From: Paraspadella gotoi
Taxonomy: Eukaryota; Animalia; Chaetognatha
Length of the DNA stretch: 64,000 bases
NCBI GenBank assembly: GCA_051294375.1
Contig: CM119265.1
Location: forward strand, 5,565,696 to 5,629,695
Direction: 5' to 3'
Made by a program: the position numbers and the translations under genes. Shown here piece by piece: positions 26,358 through 37,055 of the stretch; the stretch's first letter is position 1; each line of letters begins with the position of its first letter. The notes beneath the pieces are model-generated. The model was not told the DNA's origin. It did no database searches and saw only the letters and a list, made by a program, of their open reading frames with translations.

Positions 26358-29300
26358 TCACTCCACCCTTTTTTTCAATTCTCTTCTCAAAATTTTCCCA
26401 GAAATTGATCGAGGAATCTTTTTCGTGAAAATGACTCCTCCTCGTAAATGGTTGTACGGAGTCATGGATTTAGCGACGAAAACCATCACCTGCAACATAT
26501 ACGTTGGAGTTATTATTCAATAAATAAGATATTATTCCAAAATTATTATCAATTTATTCGTCAATTAACATAAAACTTTGAAAATATCGCATTAAAATTT
26601 AAAGAAGTTTGCGAGGTCATACAGTTTCATAAAAATCAACTGAAAGTGATAAAATATCATTGGGTCAACAATGGCAGACGGGTCTCGATAAATTAATTTG
26701 TCTTATATTATAAGTTATAATTGTAGTTCGCCCCGCCCTTCAAATAATTTTAGACTAAAAAAGAACATGTTATGGTAGACTAAAATCTACCAACCGGCAA
26801 TTGGTGCAGGAGGCAAGTCATTCGCCTGTCCAACCCAAAGGTCCGGGGTTCTAGCCCGGTGGTCGACTAGCAGTTAAGAGGGACGAAGGGCTTAACCCGC
26901 CAGAAACATGGTTTTACAGCCTGACCCGAAGCTCAAGGACTGCTTATACATTCTGTCACTAACTCATAAAAATCATTACTGTCTCTTCGATGTCTCACGT
27001 CTTTTTCGTTGACGGTGGACGAGGCTTCCTTGACGACGAGCGCGAGAGGTACTTCGCCGGCGACGGCATCGGCGACTCCAATGACGCCAACATCGACGAC
27101 GCCGCTCAATTTTCGGATGGTCTGCTCGATCTCTACCGGCGAAACCTGTAACAAATAACTTATTATGTCAAGTTACAAGAAATACGTACTAAAAACGAGA
27201 TAGTATATTAACTATCTGCCTTTGGCATTTTACAAACAAAATATATTTCAGTTCATCATCGACTAGTTATAATATGCGGTTTATTTCGAATTCAAAAAGG
27301 TTGATTCAGTACATACATGAGCATCAAAAAAAAGCTAAGACTAAAGACAAAACAAAGTTAAAGATTGCATGAAAACTACCACTATTGACAAAACAAGGTT
27401 AAAGTTACTGATTAAAATATTTCAATCATTTAAGAATGCGACTATTCTTTTGAGAACTAAATTTTTCGAACAGTAGATCTTAGAAATAAAATTCTACGTT
27501 GGTTAAACATTGTATTAATGTCACAGTAACAAAATAAACTCCGTAGCTCTCTAATACTTTCCCATCGGTTGAATCCAAATATTTTTCTGATACCATCATT
27601 AATAGCAACATTATTTTTTGTTATTACTGTTATTATTATTTTTACAATCAGTTGCCCCCATTAAATGTCGTTCCAATTCATTAGTTCCCACCTGGTGTCC
27701 CTTGTACTTGATCATTTCCTTGATTCGATCCACGACATAGATGTTTTCCATGTCGTCAAAATAACCGACGTCTCCAGTTCGAAGCCACTTCTTTCCGTTG
27801 TTGTCGGACAAAAACGCGGCGTCGGTAGCTTCGGGATTGTTCAAGTAGCCCTTCATCACTGACGGGGTGTTGACGACCAGTTCTCCGGCCTAAAAGGATA
27901 ATTATTAGCTCGGCTCGATCTTCAACGTTCATGAATCAACATTTAACAATTAGACCTCATTGAGCCCCAGTTCTTTGCCGGAAACAATGTCGATGACTTT
28001 CGCTTCTCCGTTTGGAAACAAAGTTCCAACGGATGTGAAGGGCGAGTACTGGTCAATGGTGCAGCATATGTTAGTTTCTGTCAAGCCCAACCCTTGTTCC
28101 ACCTGTGATAAAATTTTTCATGTCACACAAGTAAAAAGCATCCAAAATTAAAAGCTTGTTTTTTTCTCACCCTCAAATTTTGAAATTTCTTCAACAACCG
28201 ATCGACTGAGACTTTGCTCAAAGGAGCAGCGCCGCTGACTATAATTCGCACAGAGCTCAAATCGTACTTTTCTACTAGGGGACTGTAGGCCAAAAAGTCT
28301 AATAGAGGAGGCACTGCAGCGATTACCAAGATCTTGTATTTCTGAAAAAAAAACAATTATCAGGTCAGCTGAAATAAAATCTTCTTTTTTGAGAAAAAAA
28401 AAAACATTTTCGGTCGCAGAAAAACTGGATTATAACTTGAGTTTCGATGTATGAACTTAGAAATGTTTAATCGTTTCATTTTGTCAATGTTTGTGACCAA
28501 TATAAGCTAAATACGAGAGTAAACCCTTCACTCGCGAGACCTGAATCGTCCTCAAAAATAATCTCTTATGAAATCTCGGGTTGGTCACGTTGGTCCCGCG
28601 AAATTTGAAGGCCGTCAACGCGAAGGCGTAACCGAAGATGTGGAAGAATGGAAGGAGAGCGAGAGAAGTGAAGATGTTTTTCTCTATGTCGGCCAAACGT
28701 TGAAAGTCCGGTTGTTGATAGATGACGTCCGTGAAAGCGATGATGGTCGAGTGAGTGTGAATCACGCCCTTGGGGAGACCCGTCGTTCCTGGGTAAGTTG
28801 AGGATTTGGTTTTTTTTTCCTAACTGTTTCGCTCGTCGTTTTTCTGCGCGTTTATCATTTTCTTGGGTAAGTTAAGGATTTTTCCATTTCATTTTTTTAA
28901 ATTTTCATATTTCTTCATTTATTTCGATTTTTTCCCCCTGCTGATGAAGACTCGAAATAAAGAGTCGAAACATGTCCGTACACAAATAAAATCGTTGATG
29001 AAATTACTTTCAAACTTTGCTTAAATCTCTAAACTCAACGAAGCTGAAAGGATTAATACAATGATTTTTTTCCCCTATTTTTAATCCATTTCCTGGGTAA
29101 GAGGGCGCTTTTTTTTTTCTAAACCTTTTTATTCGACGTTAAACACGTAGAAATACTTTTTCAGTCCGTTTGGCTTCCAATCCGTCTATCTCCCTGTCAG
29201 TAATCTTACCGGATGAGAACGGAATGATGAGAACGTCGTTTTCCGGGTTCAAATCCGGTGGCTGGAATGAATGAACCTCCGGATCTGATCCGCGCAACAG

Positions 29301-30805
29301 CTGGTTAAAGCCCGAACTGTTGACTCCCCGGATGGAGAGTCGACGAAAGAGATCGACGGCTCCGTTGGGTACGAATGGCACTCCTAAGTAAAGAAAACGT
29401 TTTAACGAGAATGGATTTTTAATATAATCATTCATTATTGACCAATAATATTGTTTTATTACCGAATATGAAAACGTCTCTTATCGCCGGTACAGAGCTG
29501 ATTATCTTCGCGGCCTTGCGCGCCAAAGAGGGAAAAACGAACAAAGATTTGGCGCTGGTTTCTTGCAGTTGGTGTTGCAAGGTCGCTTCTGTCTCCAGCG
29601 GATTCAACAGCGTCGCCGCGACGCCGACGTACGAGCAGCCTTGAAAAATCGACGGAAAAGTCAGAAAGTAATAAATTATGTAATATTACTAATATTAAAA
29701 GTAAAAATGATATTTTCTATTCTATTACCAAAGAGAGTAATAATGTATTCGATGGCGTTGGGAGAGAGAATGCCGATGACATCGCCACGCTTATATCCTC
29801 TCTCAACCATGGATCGTCCGAGTCGAATCGAGTTGTCCTTCAATTGTGCGTAACTTAAGTAGAAATTTAAAAAGTCAGTCCGCAATCAAAGAAAATCCTT
29901 ACAACTAGATGTTATTACTAGAATATGCTCATACGCGCAAGTATATTTTATTATTTTCATGTTCAAAGCACGTGAAAATGGAATATTGAATAGCTATTAA
30001 ATAATAAACATACTGAGGCGGCCTGTCTCGAAGAGCTGAACAATTTTCTGTGTGAGAGAAAAACGCGCAGTATCTTCTTCAAACTCGAATGTCTATTATC
30101 ACAAAAAACATCCTTTTTTTTTTTAAGCACGAAAAAGGCATGCCGAAAAAACATTACAAAATAAAGGGAAAGACATGCCCGAACAGAAAAGGCATGCCCG
30201 GACAGAAAAGTCATGCCCGGACCCAAACCGACAACGGGCTGAGGAAAAAGAGGAAAACTAAAGATAGAGACTACATGATATGATACAGGAGCCGACGAAG
30301 TTTGTAATCGGCATCTTCAATACATATATTTGAAACTGTAGTCATAGATATCGCGAACATTACTACTGAAAAAAGTAAGACACACACACATTTAACATCT
30401 CTACCTCATGGACCGACCCGAAATTCCGTCAACGATCGCAGTTTTATTCTCGTCACCCGAAATGTCTCCCAAGACGTAATCGAAAAAGTTCGTTTGTGGA
30501 ATTTCTTGCCAGTATTTCGATTTGAAAACAATCTGATCTGGCACGCCAGTCGAGATAGGGGAGATCCGAAGGCGCGTTGTTGTCGTTGTTGTCGTTGTTG
30601 TCGTGGATGGTGGACGATTCCATTGCGAGGTAAAGCGAACAGAGGGCTCGAAGTTTGGGTAACGTTTAAAAATACGTTCGTAAGTGTACATCAACGGTGC
30701 ATCAGCCAAAACGCGAGTCGCTTTCTCGTTGACGCCTCCGATCGATTGAGCAACGCATTGGCGGAGCACGGGTTCCAAAGTCTTGGAGATAAAGCACGAC
30801 GTCAT
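26358..30805 (-). CDS. Luciferase-like / 4-coumarate:CoA ligase-like acyl-CoA synthetase (ANL adenylate-forming superfamily), 10 exons, 639 aa
   Basis: Minus-strand exons: 30805-30405, 29853-29729, 29639-29463, 29383-29210, 28788-28541, 28341-28171, 28102-27956, 27889-27692, 27145-26999, 26489-26358. All introns are GT-AG and phase-consistent, totalling 1920 nt of CDS. Motifs: [13 protein letters not shown] (A3 P-loop), LPFFHIFG (A4), SGAAPL, QGLGLTE (A5 variant), GELVV..PSVMKGY (A6), WLRTGD (A7), [18 protein letters not shown] (A8), [12 protein letters not shown] (A10 Lys). Confidence 0.95.
26794..26945 (+). mobile_element. tRNA-derived SINE-like element in intron 9 of the luciferase-like gene
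   Basis: A-box-like TGGTGCAGGAGG and T-arm CCGGG-GTTCTAG-CCCGG (26843-26859), with only partial acceptor pairing. It forms a GC-rich island inside an AT-rich intron. Confidence 0.5.
28941..28976 (+). ncRNA. Minimal type I hammerhead ribozyme motif (Penelope-like-element type) in intron 4 of the luciferase-like gene
   Basis: CTGATGA-A-GACTC-GAAATAAA-GAGTC-GAAA-CAT-GTC. It has the intact CUGAUGA and GAAA core, a perfect 5-bp stem II, a palindromic ACATGT stem III and a GUC cleavage triplet. AATAAA follows ~10 nt downstream. Confidence 0.8.
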
Positions 30806-33800
30806 CGTTTGTTTTATTTCATATTAACAAAATTAATTAATAGACACAACGAGGTAAAAGCTTAACCTTTTTCTTTCTTGCGAAAAAAAAACTGAAAAGA
30901 AAAAGAAGGGATCAGCGAGGAATAGTCATTAAAGTTTACGACAAAAGCTAAGAATTAATTTTTTTTCTTTTAGCGATCGTGTTCGCGCGATGCTTCGTAG
31001 AGATGTCGGTTAATTCTGTCGTGAGATCCGATTAACTTTTTTTTTTCCCTTTCTCTCTCGGACTGACGATCGATTCGAGTCGCCTTAATTAAAAATGCCG
31101 CAAATTTCTTTTTATTATTCTCTTGAATTTTCATTTTCTTGAGACGAGCGAACGTGAAATCAAAAGAGAAAACGCGCGAGGAGAATAATTAATTTGTTAA
31201 TTAAGTAATCGAAGAAACGACAAGCAAAGACGAATTTAATTCGATTTAAGACTTTTTTTTTATGATTTGATTGTCCCAAGAATACGTAATTAGAGTCGCC
31301 AGATGGGTCGTCATACAAGAATCATCTTAATCAATTAACCCTTTCTTTTCTGGCCGTTTTCCGAGGTTAAAACAGTTTAAATTTTTTAAAAATGATTGCA
31401 ATAAGCAATCATGATTAAAGTGTACGTCTACAAGAATGGTTTTTTTTTCCTTTGTTCCTGTTTACAGGAACAAAGGATGTTAGACTGAGGCGAATAACGG
31501 CTAACTTTGACCTGGCAGGTGCTCTAAAGGTGCTAATTAGGCTTGAAATATGACCTAAGGCTGTTTTTTCTTCTCAAATCAATAGGAAACGAAAAAGTAA
31601 AATTAGTAATATTTTAAATATATGGTTTTAAATTGATGTCCTCAAATTTATTTCAACGGTTTTCCTTAAAATGAAAATTATGAAAGTAAACCATCCAAAC
31701 AACAATAAATATAGTCAAATAAAACTATCATAAAACGCCCCCCGAAGCTAAGAAGCGGGAGAGAACGCATTTTTCCCTCTGATGTCACCCTGATTTTGAT
31801 TAATTGTGCAAATTCTGGAAGTGAGGGGCCGAAAAAAGCCATAAAAAAATTGGTTCCCCGCCTCGAAAGAAAGGGGGGGTGGAAGGATGGGCCGAGAGAC
31901 CGTAGTAATATGTGCGGAGGCGTGGTAGTAAGGCTCTGCGATTGCGAAGGTTGGCCGGCAACCCGAAGAATATGACTGGAAGCCGAAAGCGAAGAGAGAG
32001 AGAGAGAGAGAGAGAGAAAAAAAAATAAAGAAAGAGAGAGAAGAGAGAGAGATGCTCCATTATCGGGGAAACAAATTGTGGTTGGAACAACCGCGGAATT
32101 TCCCCGATGGGGAGAAAACGCCGGAAGAAAAAAAAGCTCGGTTTTTCTTTTAACGGGCGGACGACCCGAGACGGCTTGATACAGCGGGACAAGCGGTTGT
32201 GGGGTGATTGTCGCCCGTCAAAAAGACGAAGAGAGAGGGCTGAGAAAAAGGAAAGCGAAAACAATAAAAAGTGAATCGCGGTGAAAGGTGGCGCGCGGGC
32301 GTTGCGAGCTGAGTCCCTCTCAACAGCCCGAGAGACAAAGCGGCGCTGATGTAAACAACTGGAAGAGTTTGTTGAGATTGTTTGGTTGGTGATGCAGGAA
32401 TGGGTTTTTATTGCAAATATATGTATAATATTTAGTTGATAAACAAACTCTAAATTATAATAATTTTATTTTCGTTTGCTTGTCTCTCTTATATACAAAA
32501 TTAGTGATTAAAGATTTAACTTTATTAAATAGATTTAATGATTCAATGACGGTTTAAAAGTTTTAGTTTTACCTACCAATGAATTTATTTGTCTTCTGAC
32601 TTCATAATAGATATTAAGTCATAGGGCAAAAAGGACATCAACAAAGGTCGAGCAACTGTCCTTCCCTTTTTAGGAGAATCCCATGATTTATGCAGCAATA
32701 ATATCCTGGCATGTCCCCGTTTTGTGTGGCGAGAACCGTTAGCTCGTGGTACGGAAGTATGAGATGTAGATGGAAATGACCGATGAGTTAATTATTTAAA
32801 TAATAACAATAAAAAAATAATTAAGCAGCGTGTCGAAAGAAATATTTATTTTTCCGATTGTAAAAATTTTTATTTTAGAGTATTATTTAGAGTATAAGAG
32901 TATTTCTCAAAATAAAAAGCTTATTATTCCAAAAATGTACTAAGAAAAAAAGTAGGCGCATAATCGGTTGGCCCTAAACATTTTCGTTTTCCCTAATAAT
33001 TGATGGAGCTGGAAAGCAAAGCTTTGGTCTCGGCGTCCCTGGAGGCTTTTGACCAGTTTGTTTGGATCGGCGTCAGTCGCTGAACCGAGGGCGAGGGGGA
33101 GGGAGCGAGGGGGGCGGACCTTTGGGAAAAGGGAAAGAGGAAAACGCGGGAGAACGGATTAGAAAAAATCTCTAAACAAGTTTTTTTCCCTCTGAATAGA
33201 GAGAGAAGAAAGAAAATTAAAAAGGATAGATGATAAAAATATACCAAAGTTTGTTTTCGTTTGTGTTTTTGTATATATTTCTTTTATATTGTGTAAAATC
33301 TTGTGGTTTAAATTTAGTTTGGAAGTAGATGGGGGTTTTTTTTTCGTTTCTTTTTTTTTTATTTCTTTGATTTGATTTTATTTTTTTGTCGTTCTTTATG
33401 GATTTTTATTAATTTTGAATAAAACCTCGCCACCATATTGGCTTGGCGTGTTTGTTTTTTTCGACAGTGGATGTCATGTTATATTCCGTCGGCATTTTTA
33501 TCTTCCCAGGCTGATCATGATCCAAGGAGGAATCCATTGCGAAAATTATTGAAGAAAACAAGCCCACCACATGAGAACAGTAAAAAAAAAATAAGAATCT
33601 ATAAAGTTGTGAAAAAAAGAAAAGAAAAATCCCATACTCGAACGCTGACAGAAAAAAAAAGGAAAAAGAGATTGGAAAAGCAGAAACGAGAAGAGGCATC
33701 ATTTTTCACGCTTCGTTCCTCTTACACAATCGACGAGAAATTAGGCGACGGTCCACTGACACCCAACGCTCGTCCTCTTCTGCCCCCTTATCCCTGGCCC

Positions 33801-35508
33801 CTCCCCTCCCGATCCGCCCTAACCCTCGCGCGAGCCCCAAATTGAACGGGACAGAAGTCAAGTGTAGCCTCTCCGGGCTCAGAGGCGGGATATGGGTGCG
33901 GTTGGCGAGTTTGAAGGAGTGTCAATATGGGGGTCGGAGTGACGGGGGGATAACGAGTGTGGTTTGGGAGTAAATTTGCGCGTTGTTAACTAAAGCGAAA
34001 AACTCGTTTGCTTTCGGGACATTAGACAAGACGGGGCGACGAGCTTTAGAATAGATGAGAAGTTTTACAACACGAAGATAGAAAAGTTAAGTTGTTGGAT
34101 TTTGGTGAAATGGATGAAACAGGGTGTCTGACCATGACGTGTCTCTTCTTCTTTACTTTCTCTCTCTCTCTCTCATCTCACGTTTCTCCTCTCTTCTTCT
34201 CCTCTCTCTCTTCCACATTCATCTCTCTCTCGTCTCTCTCTCTTTTCTTTCATTTCTTTTCTTTTTCTTTCTCTCTTTCCTCAATCCAGAAACGGCAAAG
34301 AAGGGTTTAAGGCCTGAGGGAGAAAATTAGCGCAGGCGAGATTGATTGGCTGTCCGGAACTTGGGCTGATGTTCGTGGGATTCCTCGANNNNNNNNNNNN
34401 NNNNNNNNNNNNNNNNNNNNNNNNNNNNNNNNNNNNNNNNNNNNNNNNNNNNNNNNNNNNNNNNNNNNNNNNNNNNNNNNNNNNNNNNNNNNNNNNNNNN
34501 NNNNNNNNNNNNNNNNNNNNNNNNNNNNNNNNNNNNNNNNNNNNNNNNNNNNNNNNNNNNNNNNNNNNNNNNNNNNNNNNNNNNNNNNNNNNNNNNNNNN
34601 NNNNNNNNNNNNNNNNNNNNNNNNNNNNNNNNNNNNNNNNNNNNNNNNNNNNNNNNNNNNNNNNNNAATTTAATTTTCGCTCGACGATTCATTAATACAA
34701 TATTTAAGCGGATAAACGGGCGCGACAATTCAATTTACCCCGCCGCGCGAGTGGAAGGGGGGAGAGGGGGCGGGGAAACGGAATCAATTAAGCTTTAAAT
34801 AAAAAAAAAAAAGAAGAAGAATTAGATTTCCCAGGGTTCGTCCGAACCCCCTGATTAATTAGTCTTGTTTGAATAAGGGAGTAAATTAAAGTTCAAAGAC
34901 GCGAGNNNNNNNNNNNNNNNNNNNNNNNNNNNNNNNNNNNNNNNNNNNNNNNNNNNNNNNNNNNNNNNNNNNNNNNNNNNNNNNNNNNNNNNNNNNNNNN
35001 NNNNNNNNNNNNNNNNNNNNNNNNNNNNNNNNNNNNNNNNNNNNNNNNNNNNNNNNNNNNNNNNNNNNNNNNNNNNNNNNNNNNNNNNNNNNNNNNNNNN
35101 NNNNNNNNNNNNNNNNNNNNGGGGGGGCGAAAGGATTCCCTACTGCGCGTGGTTGGGAGTTTTTGTCGGCTTGACTTTGTGATGTTCGACTCCCTCCGTT
35201 GATATTAAAATTACTTTTAAAGCGATTAAACTGTGCTTAAACCAAAGTACTTCTTATCGGTACGTTGAAAGAAATTATCCTATTACTTTACTCCATCTTT
35301 TCTTATGATAAAATGTCTAAAACGACCCACAAACCTCTGCACTGAGATGTCGCTCTTCTTCTTCCCTGCGCCCCAACAATATTTTACGGCTCAGCCATAA
35401 ATCTACATTCGGTTTCAAGATGCCAAGTAGAGTGACGGAAGGTAATCGATGCCAATGGTGCTACTCTTAAATCATAAACCCACGACGTTTCGTTGGCGAA
35501 GGCAAATA

Positions 35509-35546
<38 letters not shown>

Positions 35547-37006
35547 TCTCTCTGTCTCTCTCTCAATCTGTTTGTCTCTGTCATTGCTCTTCACGATGAT
35601 CCTATCAGTTTTTGCTTGGTTAGTAAATGTAACGTAAATGATTTTCATAAGAGAACATTTTCAATAAATAATCATTCGTTCAACGTATGTCGCCGATTGA
35701 ATTGAATTTTAGCCTAAAAAGCAGTCAATTACAGTCATATCATATTTCTTGATAATTATGCTGTCCACAAGGTAACACAAGGTAACATAACCGTTTTGAA
35801 TTACTTACCAGTCGCTTTTATATTTCAACGTTTTTTTTTCTATCGTACGACAGTACGGAAAAAACCACCGCCATTTTCGCAGCCAAAACATTTTGTTGTT
35901 TACGCCTAATTTTTGTTCTCTTTCTTTTCGCACGCCAAAGAGGAAGACCGAAAGCATTATGACCTCGTGAAAAACACGGTGGTGGTTTTGGTTCTGGTAC
36001 TGGTACGAGAAACAATAGTGCATCGCGACAGAAGAATAATTTAAAAGGCGATGAAAACNNNNNNNNNNNNNNNNNNNNNNNNNNNNNNNNNNNNNNNNNN
36101 NNNNNNNNNNNNNNNNNNNNNNNNNNNNNNNNNNNNNNNNNNNNNNNNNNNNNNNNNNNNNNNNNNNNNNNNNNNNNNNNNNNNNNNNNNNNNNNNNNNN
36201 NNNNNNNNNNNNNNNNNNNNNNNNNNNNNNNNNNNNNNNNNNNNNNNNNNNNNNNNNNNNNNNNNNNNNNNNNNNNNNNNNNNNNNNNNNNNNNNNNNNN
36301 NNNGCACGACCTTCATTATTAAATTCCCATTGATTAGTTCGACCGGTTTCCGAATTATGTGACGCCGGTTTGATTTGTATGTGCGCTTCATCGAACTTCA
36401 GACTCNNNNNNNNNNNNNNNNNNNNNNNNNNNNNNNNNNNNNNNNNNNNNNNNNNNNNNNNNNNNNNNNNNNNNNNNNNNNNNNNNNNNNNNNNNNNNNN
36501 NNNNNNNNNNNNNNNNNNNNNNNNNNNNNNNNNNNNNNNNNNNNNNNNNNNNNNNNNNNNNNNNNNNNNNNNNNNNNNNNNNNNNNNNNNNNNNNNNNNN
36601 NNNNNNNNNNNNNNNNNNNNNNNNNNNNNNNNNNNNNNNNNNNNNNNNNNNNNNNATTTACAGAATGCTTGCTAACTCTGACGCTTTTTGATTAATGAAT
36701 TAGATTTAAGAAAGGAAATGACAAACACTGATATTGCCTCTCGTCTGTGAAAATATTTTTTTAAATTATAACTTTTTCCCTTTGGTTTTGACGGAAGGAA
36801 ATTGGGTGTGCGAAATGAAATGTATAAAAGGGTACACTAAAATTTAAAGAATTAAATTAGCTGAAGATTCATAATTATACATTTTTTCTGCTCCTTCAAT
36901 CGCGACTTCATTCCTAATCGACTANNNNNNNNNNCTCTGAGGAATAAAGCGACGCCTCTGTCTCTGGACAGTGAATCAATAAGACATTAGTCTCGGTTTT
37001 GTTCGT

Positions 37007-37055
<49 letters not shown>

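Noticed and set aside
26840-26905. Twister-ribozyme-like words (GCCCGG, GAGGG, TTAAC)
   Set aside because: The pseudoknot pairings could not be built. The segment is better explained as the T-arm and body of a tRNA-derived SINE.
26358-30805. Calling the ANL gene a true luciferase
   Set aside because: Family membership alone does not imply light emission, and several firefly luciferin-pocket positions around the A5 motif differ.
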